Shown in pieces: positions 24,568 to 36,803 of a DNA stretch of 64,000 nucleotides. Position 1 is the first letter of the stretch; each line of letters begins with the position of its first letter. Source of the DNA: Fimicolochytrium jonesii (lineage: Eukaryota); NCBI RefSeq assembly GCF_025526975.1, contig NW_026515669.1, forward strand, positions 1,860,001-1,924,000, read 5' to 3'. Below the pieces are notes generated by a model. The model saw only the letters and a program-made list of their open reading frames with translations. It was not told the origin of the DNA and did no database searches. Position numbers and translations under genes: made by a program.

Positions 24568-25137
24568 GCTGTGGGATGGAGGCGGTGGGATGGAGGTGTA
24601 CGTAGGGAGGAAAGGGGCGAGAGTTGGAGGACGCAGGGGGGACATTATCTACATTTATTTACATGGACAGTTTTGAGCAGCGGGACTGGGTCTGAAAGCT
24701 TGTTCGTAGCGCATCGTTTTCCTGGAACATGGGCGACAACTCCGCTGATCACGTACTTGCGTTCGGGTCAAGGCGAAGTTGCCACTTTCCGGATGTATTC
24801 ATAACCTCAGGCTTTCAAGTCATACACCTTCGCAACATCACATATGGGGGGTCATTATCCTCTATTTATTCCCTATGAGCTAAAGCCGAGTTCGTCCTGA
24901 ATAACTTGTTATTCTCTCCATTACGCCAAGTGCATGCAAATAAGAGGGGCAGCACATATACATATAACGATTTGTCTCCTGTGTCCTGGTTACTCGCCGC
25001 CGCCCTCGACAGCTCAGCACCTCCGAGCGTGCGTCTGCCGATGACTTGGCAAGCGTGCCGCCGTAGGAAACGGGTATGAACCTCACCCGGTTTCCCCGCC
25101 GCGGTGAGTTCCGACAAAATCCCACATCACCCCGGAA

Positions 25138-26449
25138 TCACCTCCACCCCCCCTCTCTCCTCCACCTGTCCCACCACCCCTGCCCCTCCACCCACCACCG
25201 CCGTCCATACATCACATAAAGCCACCCGACAACAGCCCCCGTCAAATGCGCCGCATGGTCAAACATCGCCCAGCCACGAACTAATCCAACAACGTCGAGA
25301 CCGACCATGAGCGGGAGGAGGTCGCCCATCGTGAAGTGCAGGCCGGGGAGGAAGATGATGCCGACGGGGAGGTGCGGGTACATTGCAGCGCAGCTGTGGA
25401 TGTGGGAGTGGATGGTGAGTGAGAGGTGGGTAGGGTAGATTGTAGAGGTGGGATTGACCGACTTACCCCGTCAATGTCGCCCAGATAGCCCCACTAGCTC
25501 CCAAACTCCCCTTCACGGCTCTATACTTCCCCAACCACAGTGTGGTGAACAGATGACTCCCCAAACTCGCCAACACCGCCGCGCTCACATAAAACGCGCC
25601 CATCTGCTCCGTGCTCCCCAACACGCGATCCTGCAACAACGTCCCAAACCCATACAGCGCATACATATTGAACGTAAGATGCAGCAATCCTTCATGGCTG
25701 AACGCGGATGTCAGCAAAGTGTACGAGCGCCCGGAGAGAGGGTGGTGAGTGAAATGGCGGAGCATGAAAGGTTGGAGTGAGGGAATGCGCCAGAGGAGAA
25801 AGATGGTGGTGTTGAGGCCGATGATGCTGTATACCAGCTTGAGGGAGGGTTTGGCGGTGTCCCAGGAGTGGGTGAGCATGGATTTGATCCGGAAGAGGGG
25901 TTCAGGGAGGTAGGTTTCCCAACTACCCGGTTTAGGTTTCGTGGCGGGTGTCGATGATCTTGAGTCGGTGCCGAAGAAGGTGTCGAGGTTGAATAAGGCA
26001 CCCAGCTTGGTTTTGTCTTCGGCTGCCCAGCGTCCGCGTGCGCGTTCGTAGGATGCGACGCCGAAGGATAGGCCCACGACGGCGAGGGAGAAGAGGATAG
26101 GGCGGAGGATGGTGCGCTTGGGGCTGGATGTGTGGGGGATGAGAGATGGGTCGGTGGGGGGGTGGTCGGTGGGGACTTGCTTCGCTAGTTGTATTCTGCC
26201 GAGTCGCTGACCTTGTTGGGGAGGGAGAGGGGATGGGGATGGGATGTACTGTGGTGGGGTATCACCCACCCGTCTTGATTTCGGCGGAGGTGTTCGCAGG
26301 AATCTGTGTATTGAGCCTGCACTCGGCCGTTGTGATGCCATCGCTGGTACATGTCCGCGGCCTGCTCTTATTGCCTGTGCGCACAATTGCAACCCCATCG
26401 GCCGTATGCTGCACTGTTGTACCGACGTCAAGCCCAGAGCCCACGCCAT
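25138..26449 (-). CDS. PCP1: Mitochondrial rhomboid protease (PARL/Pcp1-like)
   Basis: LLTSAFSHEGLLHLTFNM, catalytic SLGASGAIW, FDHAAHLTG; one intron ~25394-25466. Start uncertain. Confidence 0.88.
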
Positions 26450-26997
26450 GACTTCCAAGCGGTGTTTCCCTTTGTTTCGTTCCTTCGCTTGCCGACCGGT
26501 TTTCCAAAGGTATATCTATTTGGAAATCGTCCGCAGTGGGGACGATCGCAACCTGTGTCTCAACGATTGAAGGACTATGTGAGGTCGGTATTGAAACCAG
26601 GTTGTAGTTCTATATATATATGTAGACAGCGGACGGCTGCACATGCAGCGTGCGATTGAACAGGGAGGTTGTAAGTCGGCGGACAGTCCTGGGTTCTCTC
26701 GGGAAAAGAGCCACGGCGGAAGTGTGAAATTCGAGAAGGAAGAGCGGAGAGCGACTCGTGGCGCAGTTCCATTCGCACATCCATTCGCACCACACAGGGA
26801 GGTTTTCCTTCCGGCTTTCACAAACACAGGCATACCAGAGGGAGCTGGTTGAACATGATGGGGAGTGAACTCTCTACGGTGCCCTATGGATTGGATATGC
26901 TGCGTGATATACAAAAGAAGCGTCCAACAAATCTACGTAACAATGCATGATATGTAGTCCACCATAAAGATCGAAGGGACCCTCCCTCCACTCTCCT

Positions 26998-28863
26998 CTA
27001 CTTCCTCAACGGATCCCGCACAACAACAGCCGTCCCCTTCATCGCCAACCCACTCCTCTCACTCACAGCCCACAATTCATACTGTACTTCCCCATCCTCC
27101 CCGTCATCACTCCGTTCCGTCCGTTCCGTCCTCTTCCCACACAACCGCACCTCCTCCCCCACAAACAACGGCGCCAGCGCCCTATACCCAAACTCCCTCA
27201 CCACCATGCCTTCAGGTTTGCACTTCTCCAGCAGATCAAGGAGCAGTGTCGCAGTCAACGGGCCGTGCACAAGACACGCCGGATACCCCTCCACCTCCCT
27301 CGCAAATCTGTCGTCGTAGTGTATGAGGTGCGAGTTGAAGGTGACCGCCGAGTACCGGAAGAGGGTGACGGGGGTCGGTGTGAATGTGCGCGAAAAGTCC
27401 GGGATGGTTTTGATCTCCACTGCTCTCCGCTCGGGATTCGTATCCAGTTTGGGAAGGTAGACCAATGATCTCTTTTCAGTAACACACACACCCGCACTAT
27501 TCTTTATCGTCTTGTCCATCCACACCAACACGCTCGGTCCCCTCCCCCCCATTTTCTTCTCAACGCGGTCGAGGGTTGTGGTCTGTGTTACTGTTTCGGT
27601 CGTGTAGCGGAGCGGGTTGTGAGGGTTGAAGGTGAAGGAGCCGCCGGCCCACATGCGTTGGATGTAGGGGTGGGGAGGAGCGAAGTGGGTGTCGTAGCCG
27701 TCCGGGGCGAGGAGGCGTTCAGGGATGTGGGGGGGGAAGAAGGCGAGGTGAAAGGCGGGGGGGATGGGGGTGCCGAGCGTGGGGATGGGTGGGGTTGTAG
27801 CAGGCATTGAGGTGGAACCTATTGTTCCGTTTGGTTGACCGGGTCCGTTTAAGTGACCGCCCTGGAGCGTCAATGTCAGCAGGTGTCCGTGTCCAGGCGC
27901 TATCTGATCGTGATCTACGAGTCGTATCGACTTGACCTCCTCAATCCACGCCTCAAGCCTTGCATCTGCGTCCGCAACATCAACCGCGCTCGCGGCAGTC
28001 GTAGAGAACATAAACAGTTGTTTTGCTTTTGGTGGAGGACGCTGAGCAGGCCGCACATAAGGCCGCTGCCTATTATTATACGGACTTGGCGACCGATGGT
28101 TCTCCCACCCCTGCGACGCCACAACCGGCGGCGAAGGCCTCCGCACATCCCTCGAGTTCTCCCACGGATTCCTCGCCCTCAAAATCGCCTCCACATCCAG
28201 CCCTTCCTCAAACCTCCCCAGCATCCTCGCAATCGCCTCCCTCCCAACCCCATGCGTATTCATCTCCGCCATCGCATCCACATCCCGTTCCATCCACCAC
28301 CCCGTCGTGGGTTCCACAATCTTCACCGTATAGCCCCTCTCGACCGCCGCAGCGACGTACGGCTGCGCTTCCCAGGCCTGCATGGTGGTGTTATCGATGA
28401 TTACGGGGGATATACCCCGGTCGAGGGCAGCGAGGGCGCGGGATTGGTTCCAGGTGTGGGCGTGGGTGAGGTGGGATGGGTTGAATTCGTAGGCGCCGGT
28501 TTGGGGGGAGATGAAGTAGTCGTCGGTGCTGAGGATTTGGCCGGTGGGTTGTTGGCCGTTGATAGTGTCGCTGAAGGTTTGCAGAAGCCGCCGTGCTTCC
28601 GTTGACTTGCCTGACCCCGGTGCGCCCCTCATGATAACCAGAACTCTCTCAGCAACCCCGCGGTGCCCATTTCCACCGTTCTGTCCCACTATGGATGCCA
28701 TGGTCGAAAGGCTATTTGCAACAAGGACCGTCCGCGAGTGCTGTGGTTGGAATGAGTGTTGAGTGAGCGATCTCCGGGATGGCGCTAGACGCAAGTGTGA
28801 GAGTGGACGGACGTAGCGAATGGGTTGTTGCAGACGACGGGCCGGGAGGAGCCTCAGTGACAT
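26998..28863 (-). CDS. Fusion protein: presequence + N4BP2-like (AAA_33) P-loop polynucleotide kinase + HTD2-like hydroxyacyl-thioester dehydratase
   Basis: One open frame. Kinase: VIMRGAPGSGKST, ILSTDDYF, HTWNQSRA, VIIDNTTMQAWE, NTHGV. Double hot-dog: FHLAFF, APDGYD, RMWAGGS, LFRYSAVTFNSHLIHYD, LVHGPL. Confidence 0.85.
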   Translation of the reverse strand: MSLRLLPARRLQQPIRYVRPLSHLRLAPSRRSLTQHSFQPQHSRTVLVANSLSTMASIVGQNGGNGHRGVAERVLVIMRGAPGSGKSTEARRLLQTFSDTINGQQPTGQILSTDDYFISPQTGAYEFNPSHLTHAHTWNQSRALAALDRGISPVIIDNTTMQAWEAQPYVAAAVERGYTVKIVEPTTGWWMERDVDAMAEMNTHGVGREAIARMLGRFEEGLDVEAILRARNPWENSRDVRRPSPPVVASQGWENHRSPSPYNNRQRPYVRPAQRPPPKAKQLFMFSTTAASAVDVADADARLEAWIEEVKSIRLVDHDQIAPGHGHLLTLTLQGGHLNGPGQPNGTIGSTSMPATTPPIPTLGTPIPPAFHLAFFPPHIPERLLAPDGYDTHFAPPHPYIQRMWAGGSFTFNPHNPLRYTTETVTQTTTLDRVEKKMGGRGPSVLVWMDKTIKNSAGVCVTEKRSLVYLPKLDTNPERRAVEIKTIPDFSRTFTPTPVTLFRYSAVTFNSHLIHYDDRFAREVEGYPACLVHGPLTATLLLDLLEKCKPEGMVVREFGYRALAPLFVGEEVRLCGKRTERTERSDDGEDGEVQYELWAVSERSGLAMKGTAVVVRDPLRK

Positions 28864-29069
28864 TTGCCCGGTGGGTTGAACTAGAAGCGGAGGGCTTGCA
28901 GGTAGAGTCCAGTTTATATATCCCTGGGGGGGTGGGGTGGGGCAGAAAAAAAGGGGACGAGGAAAGAGGAGGAGAAAGCGTGCGCGGCGAGAGTTGAAAG
29001 CCTTGGACCACTGGCTGAAAGGGCTGAACACTCCACTGCAACCTCACGGCCACAGCCGGGCAACACACA

Positions 29070-31320
29070 ATGAAGGTTCCAACCGTCGACTCAACCCCCT
29101 ACTCGCTCGCAGCAGTCGCCCTCGCAGCCTCGGCACTGACTGTCTCCTCCATCCTCCTCGCCCAGCGCTTCAACAAGCAGGCTCGCATTCAGCGCATAAA
29201 GGACGAGCTGGCGGAGGCTATCGCTCAGTCCGACAACAGCGACGATACGGTTACGAGGCCGCGACCGAAGGATAAGAGGCCGAGACTCCCTGTGGAGAGA
29301 ACGCTCGACGAAGGGTTGATTAGGGAACAGTTGGCGAGGAACTATGCGTTTTTGGGTGAAGAGGTGGGTTTCCCACCGCGGCGACACTATGGGCAGTACA
29401 GTAGCGTGGGGCGAGAGGAACGAGGTGCAGGGATGCTTGAGGTTGATTTGCGATGGACTTGCGAGCGGGGCGAAGACGACCAGAGCGAACGCCTTCGCGA
29501 ATGAAGCGAGGCTGGCGAGCCATAGGCCAGTCATCGAGAGAGCGAAGCGAGTTCCGCGCCGCAGGCGCAATACTGGCGCCGACAGGGAATAATGGAGGTT
29601 TTCAGGCGAGCGCAACTAGCTCCCGCATTGAACTGCGGGGGACAGGCGAACGGGTCGTTTTTATTGCATGTTGGCCGACAATTCTGTAGCTTATCCTACC
29701 GTCACACATCAACCAACCAACGCATTCACTAATGGGGGACCCAATCATGGCAGGGCGTGGCGGATGTGCGGAAAGCGTTTGTTATAGTGGTTGGACTGGG
29801 CGGAGTCGGTAGGAGATTTTGACCTCTGACGAACGGAAACTGGATTCCGGGACTGATCAAAACCTGTTGCAGGGAGTCATGCGGTATGTTGAGGACGTTT
29901 CCTTGCGAAACAGAGGAGCAGGAACTAGCTCATATCAGGATGACCACACAGGCACATATGCTCATGCGATCAGGCGTCGAGGTACGGGCCCTCACCATTC
30001 ACTTTGCCTCCTGCCAACCAACAGCACGCTAACACCCCTCATCCCGCATCCCCCAGCGCCTCCGCCTGATCGACTTCGACCAAGTCTCCCTCTCATCTCT
30101 AAACCGGCACGCCGTCGCAACCCAAGCCGACGTCGGGATCCCCAAAAGCACCTGTCTCGAGCAGCACTTCAAGCAGATCGCGCCGCACGTCGAGATCGAC
30201 GCCCGCAATGAGCTGTTCACGCTGGATGCGGCGCCGGAGTTGTTGGGTGGGAGGCCGGATTACGTTCTAGGTGAGGGGTCAGTCTCTCTTTTACAACTTC
30301 TATACGGCAGTACCTTACATTTCTGTTGGGACAGACTGCATCGACAACCTCAACACCAAAATCGATTTAATCAAATACTGCAAAGACAACAACCTCCCCA
30401 TCATCTCCTCCATGGGCGCGGGCGCCAAAGCCGACCCATCACGGATCCAGATCGCCGACATAAGCGAGACATTCGGTAAGTCACCCTCCCTTCCCCTTCC
30501 TCACCCCCTCACCTCACTCACTCACGCATGTGATACACCTAGAGGACCCACTGGCCCGCGCCACCCGCCGCGGCCTAAAACTCAAAGGCGTCGAAAGCGG
30601 CGTGCCTGTCGTCTACTCCACCGAGAAACCGGGCGCTGTTAAATTGTTGCCGCTTGAAGACGATAAAGTCGAGGAGGCGAAGGAATACTCTGCTCTGCCT
30701 GATTTTCGTGTCCGGTAAGTCTAACATGATCCCTGCCCCCCCATCACCCTGGGGACATATACATGTATATTGACTATCTCGACTCGATTATCTTTTGAAG
30801 CATCCTCCCGGTCCTCGGCACCCTCCCCGCCCTCTTCGGCAACTCCATGGCGACCCACGTGATCACTTCCCTCGGCAACTACCCCACAGAACCGCTCGCC
30901 ATCAAATGTCGCGAAAAGACGTATGCGCGCCTGCATCGTGATTTGGTGAATAGGGAGAAGAAACATGGGGGTGGGGCGATGGGGTTGAATATTGCTGATG
31001 TGGGGTATATTTTCGAGGAGGTATGGGATAATACACTTGCTGCTGTTAGTCCCCCACTCCACACTAATCACATTGTCTTGCACACAAAGATATGGCGCGG
31101 TCGCTCAGCCCTCTCCGGCACCTTCGAAAAGCTCGCCCTGCTCCGATGGGACTCGTCGCAACCGATCTCGTTCCAGAACATCGTCTGTCTCACGCGCGCG
31201 GAGGCGGAGAAGCATGAGAGGGTGCCTCCAGGGGAGCTGGCGGGGCATTATGGGGAGGAGGTGCTGAAGTTTGTGAGGGGACGGTGGGAGGAGGAGAGGA
31301 GGGTTGGGGGGTGGAGGTAG
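29070..31320 (+). CDS. tRNA threonylcarbamoyladenosine dehydratase (Tcd1/Tcd2, ThiF family)
   Basis: N-terminal TM; LIREQLARNYAFLGEE, VVGLGGVGSHA, RLIDFDQVSLSSLNRHA, DCIDN, SSMGAGAKADP, VVYSTEKP, LPVLG. Confidence 0.92.
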
Positions 31321-32696
31321 AGTTGCGTGGGTGGTTGGAGTAGGGGTTGAGGTGGAGGGAGGCACGTGGATCTGCTCTGAGATGTATAGTGTAGGGCTTA
31401 TAGCGGTGTCTGTTTCAATATGTTAGATAGAGGCTGGCTTTATACCGGGTACGGATCGGAAATGCACTCCGCACCCTCTGAGCGTATCACATTTTCTCAG
31501 GGCCGTTGTGACTGATCTTCATGGATGTAGTGGGGGGGCGTTCCTGCACACCTCAAACATACAGTACTGTATACATGTACAGTATATAAACATATAGTCC
31601 ATAACGGCAATCCCCATAGCCAATAATAGCGGCACATATCCGGATAAGTGAATTCAGTTCTACGATACAAAAGGAAACGACATGGGTCGGGAGTTACGCA
31701 CGGATTGGTCTGTAGAGTGTGCATCATTATGTAGCGTCTCGGACACCTTCCCACCCCTCGCTTACCTCGACCAGTGCTTCCCTCCCAGCCGATGCTTCCA
31801 TCACTCCTCCACCTACATAGACGCTGAGCTGGCATCCCGGCACAGGTCTACAGTACCTCCAATACGGATAAACACAGAAGATGCTAGCAACCCCAAGGCA
31901 CTGTCATACTGTCAATTCTATTCGACCGTCGTTCTGCCGTTATGGAAAGATGAGCCCCACAGCACAACGAGGCAAGAGCCTCCGTTTGGGACGCTGCCTC
32001 GAGCCACCCTGCCCAACATGTGCATTTGTGGAGAGCGGCATCACGATTCACCACGCCTCACCGGCCATCTTCCCCCAACGAACAGAGCGGCTCCGGGTTC
32101 GAAGGCTCCTCCGGCTCCTCCGGCTCCTCCGCCATCTACCATCTGGGGTTTCTTCACTTCCCTCCGGTGAACCCGACTTCCGGCGGGGTATCTTTGCGGC
32201 GCGTGTGGTGGTTCGGCATAGCCCACTGTGAAGCCTTGCTCGACGAGGGCGGCTAATATCCCGGGTGTTACTGGTATGATAAATCGCAGCACCGGATGAG
32301 CCATTGACCTCCGGCGTGTCTCTTGCGTTTTTGTGGGCGCTTCAACGCGTGCCCAATGTGCCTCTCGTGCACACTGCACACCTTTTTTGTAGCGCCTGGG
32401 AGGCACACAGGTGTCTATGTATGTACACCTGATACTTGTTTTTCGCGGGTTATTGCGCTGTCCCAAAAGCCTCGAACGTGTGGGGCGGGCAAAATATGGA
32501 CTTCTTTGATGTGAGTCTGGAGTCATGCGCGTTGCTGGATCGTGCACAACGCGGCATTTTGCGTGTGATGAACTCTTGCTCTTGAAAGGCTCCGGCTATG
32601 GCAGGTTGTGGCTGTGGATGGGCCGCCGGTCGAAGGGAATGTATCCTATACGAGGGGTATGGACACTGTGGAGACACTCGAGACGACTAGATAGAG

Positions 32697-32703
32697 TATA
32701 AAG
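32697..32703 (+). promoter_or_regulatory. TATA box upstream of the catalase-peroxidase
   Basis: TATAAAA ~65 bp upstream of ATG 32766. Confidence 0.5.
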
Positions 32704-32765
32704 GCCAAGGACGTCGACGTCTTCCCCCGGCACACACAACCCCTGTCCATCCATTGCTTGAAAGA

Positions 32766-35261
32766 ATGTTCACATCCACAAGCAAGACCCTGCTAGCGGC
32801 CACCGCGGCCGCAGCGGTCTTCAGCACCACCATCCAAGTTGCCGACGCACTCTGTCCCATCCTCGCCGCTCGTGACCCCCGTCTCTCGATCCGCAACGCC
32901 GCACCTGCGCCGCTGCCGCCCAATCACCCTGCCGTCTCCAACCATTTTGCCGCGCCGGTCTTTGAAACCCGCGACGATGCGACGACGTACATCTCCAAGA
33001 TTGATTTCAAGGCCCTTGAGGCGGATATCATCAAGACGCTGACGGATTCGAAGGATTTCTGGCCCGCGGACTTTGGGAACTATGGCCCGTTTTTCATCAG
33101 GTTGGCGTGGCATTGTGCTGGGTCTTACAGGTCCTCGGATGGTCGTGGAGGTTGGTCTCCCTTTCATTGCACATTTGCTCACTGTTTGATCGTGCATGGT
33201 CTAACATCTCGTTTCTGCGAATCCCATAGGATGTGATGGAGGCCGCATCCGCTTCGACCCCGAACTCTCCTGGGCCGACAACGCCAACCTCGACAAAGCG
33301 CGCCAGCTCCTCGAGCCCCTCAAGGCCAAATACGGCGCTGCGCTCTCCTGGGGCGACCTCATCGCCTTCACCGGCACCACCGCTATCAAGTCCATGGGCG
33401 GACCCACCATCGGGTTCTGCGCCGGCCGGTCCGACGATGCCGACGGTCGCGCTTCCCTTCCCTTGGGACCCAGCAGCGAGCAAGAGGCGATTGTGCAGTG
33501 CCCTGTTAATGGGAACTGCACATACCCGCTGGGTCCGACTACCATTGGGTTGATTTATGTGAATCCGGAGGGACATATGGGGATCCCCGAGCCGAGTGGG
33601 AGTGTACCGGATATTCGCGCGTCGTTTGGACGGATGGGCATGAATGATCGCGAGACGGTTGCGTTGATTGGCGGTGGGCATTCGTTTGGGAAGGCCCATG
33701 GTGCTTGCACGGCTGGAGCTGGTAAGTTGAAACGCTAATGATGTCTGCCATGCAATGGGCGGAGAGACGACAAGCCGTGTGCCAACATCGGACTTCCCCA
33801 CATCCAGGCAAATGCGGCACAGGCCCCGACCAAGGCAAAGGCCGCAACACCTTCACCAGCGGCTTCGAAGGCCCCTGGACCGCCCACCCCACGAAATGGG
33901 GCAACGATTACTTCGACAACCTGCTCACTTACAACTGGACCGTCTTCATCGGACCGGGAGGACACCACCAGTGGCGCCCTGCGGCTACCGATACCGTTGA
34001 GCCCGCTGACGCGCATATCCGCATGCTCACGGCGGATGTTGCGCTGCTGCATGACCCGAGCTACCGCGCTTTGGTCGAGGAGTATGCGCGTGATAGACGC
34101 AGCCTCGAGAAGGACTTTTCTGAGGCTTGTACGTCAACCCCTTTTCGAATGTGCCTTTGTATTCGGATCCGCGAAACTGATATGTGTTTTCATTGTAGGG
34201 TACAAACTAACCACCCGCGACATGGGCCCGGTCACTCGCTGCCACGGCCCTACCGTCCCCGCCCCTCGCCCCTTCCAAAACCCGCTCCCCGCCCGCACGG
34301 CCCCGCTACCCAACTTCTCCGCCGTGAAATCAGACATTGGCAGATTGCTGCAGACGGACAAGGCGGCCGCGGCGTGTCCGGGCGATGGCCCCAATGGGAA
34401 GTATTACGGCGCCTTGTTTGTTGAGCTCGCGTGGAGGTGTGCATCGACGTTCCGTGCTACGGATTTCGCGGGTGGGTGTAATGGGGCGAGGATTAGGTTG
34501 GCGCCTGAGAAGGATTGGCCTGAGAATGTTGGGATCAATCAGGTAGGCCGTCTTGATTATCCCGTCTTCCGAATGAAAGAGACTCTTGTAAACGCTTGTG
34601 TTCCCCGCCGCTCAGGTCCTCGACGTGTTGCGCCCCGTGAAAGCCAAGTACGGCGTCGAACTCTCCTGGGCCGATCTGATCGTCCTCGCTGGACAAACCG
34701 CTCTCGAGAAAGCGGGTAGCAAATCCCTTTCCTTCGTCGGTGGCCGCGTCGACGCCAAGGACGGCAGGTTCGTGTCTCTCCTGCCCCACACCTCTCATCC
34801 AGCAAAGTCCACAGTGTGCTGACTCTTCTTTGTTATACAGCAACCCCCTCCCCCGCACCTACTACCCCAACGCCACCATCGCCGCCCACGACACCCTCTC
34901 CCTCCTCAACCTCACCGCCGCCGAATACACCGCCCTCTCCGCGCGTCTCCGCAGCCCAACCCAACAATCACGTCTCGGCCTCGGTTCCAAAACCTACACC
35001 CGCAACCCCGCGCGCCTCACCAACGACTACTTCAAAACCCTCCTGTCCCACAAATGGGCGCCGACGGGCGTGACCTCCAAATCGGGCGCGAAGCAGTACA
35101 AGGCGGTGGATGCGGAGGTTTTTGTGACCGATGCGGATTTGGCGCTGGTTTGGGATGGGGAGTTGAGGAGGGTTGTGGAGGGGTTTGCGGGCGATGAGGA
35201 GAGGTTCCGGAAGGTGTTTGCGCAAGGGTGGAGTAAGCTTATGACGGCGGATCTGTTCTAG
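32766..35261 (+). CDS. katG: Secreted catalase-peroxidase (KatG family, two peroxidase domains)
   Basis: Signal peptide; [71 protein letters not shown]-domain [25 protein letters not shown]. Confidence 0.95.
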
Positions 35262-35570
35262 AAAGCTTGTCCGGCCCACTCTTGGGTTGGGATTTATACC
35301 CTCTATCATACCCATCGAGTCTTTTGCATGGGGACGAAGCAGCTGATTCGCTTTCGTCACGGCGTACGTTTGTGTAGCGTAGCATTAGCATACTACCAGT
35401 AGCATTTTCATATTCCGCAAAGGTCAGACGAAGAGTGATAGTATTGCACAGAATCTTCAGGACCTCAGGTCTCTGCGCTACTTTATTAAACGAAGAAAGC
35501 TAAGTACAAGGACGTGGTGTGTCCGGTAACAGATGGTGTTGTCAGGTAACAGTTTATAAGGGAGAGGGGT

Positions 35571-36803
35571 TTAATTGTAGTACCCAACGATAACCATGGG
35601 CAGCAGGCCTCCAGGCTGTACGGACCAAGACCTGTGTCCCGCTATTTTCGTAACGAATTGGATCGTTCCGGAATGAGCCACGATGCCAATGAGGTCGTCC
35701 GAAACTTTGGGCCCAGTGAAGTTGCCGGTGGACGACGCAGGCGTGGTCATGATGGCACCAAGTACGCTCCTGACTCGTGCCTCGATATGCGCATCGGATT
35801 CCGGCTTAACGCCATTCCAAAGCGTGTCAGCGTCGTTAACCAGGTCGGAAAACGTAAAGTCGGGATACGTGAGAGCCAGCTCGGTCCGGTTATGGCGCTG
35901 ATCGCAGATATACGGCCCATACGTCTCACGCAGATCTTCATACACGCGCGGGTGGTATTGGCCGTGGGTGATGGTGCCCCAGACCAGTTGCGTGGTGTTC
36001 AGCGCACGGGAGAGCGGGGACGAGGCGATGAGGGAGGGGACGGGGAGGAGTTGGGACTGGATTTCGGAAGCGATGATGGCCGTGGCGTTTGCGAGTTGAG
36101 CGGTCCCGAGTGGGGTAAGAGGGGCGTCAAGGTAGAGGGGGAGCTTGCTGCGATACCAAGGAGGACAAGGAAGAATAGACGGTCAGTAACATCGATGGGA
36201 GGTTGGTTGATGGATGAAAACAACATCCTGCTCGCTCGCTTGCGGCAAGGATGCCGAGCTGTGGAGCGCTAAGCTCGCTAAGAGATGCGGTAAGAGAAGC
36301 ATTGCGCCTTTGGCGCAATGTAGCTCGCTCCGCTCGCAAAGGTGTTATCTTTGAATTCTCTGGGTGGTCTGCCTCAACATCCCTGCGCCTCCCCCGCCTC
36401 TCGCCTAGCTCACCCACCTATAATATTCATCCCAAGCTTTGATGCCGTACGTATCGACCGCGACGTTGTGAGTGCCCTGGCCATGGCGTTGAAAAAATAT
36501 CATCTTGACAACACCCTTCTTGCCAACGCGTTTCTTCAGCGCATTGAGCTTTGCGAACGCTCTGTTCCAGCGCCCGTCGGTTTTATCGGCGAGGCCAAGT
36601 GCGAACGGAACAGCAGGGTATCCCCTAGGATTGGTTGCAACGCTGCTCTGCTCAAAGAAGCCGTCGACTGCGGTGAATCGAACAGGCAGGAGACGGGCGG
36701 CGGTCGAAATTCCCGGAGCAGCGTCAACGACGGTCGAGATGACTGCCAAGAGGAACGAAAGACCTGCGAGGATCGGCCCGGCGCGAGATGGAATTCTGCC
36801 CAT
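35571..36803 (-). CDS. Histidine phosphatase (phosphoglycerate mutase-like, PMU1-type) with signal peptide
   Basis: IFFQRHGQGTHN, SSPLSRA, EDLRETYG..CD, IGIVAHSG; intron ~36176-36417. Confidence 0.85.

Noticed and set aside
25060..25100. TPP riboswitch or hammerhead ribozyme
   Set aside because: ATACCCGT is present but the CTGAGA core is missing, and there is no CTGATGA/GAAA hammerhead core in proper geometry.
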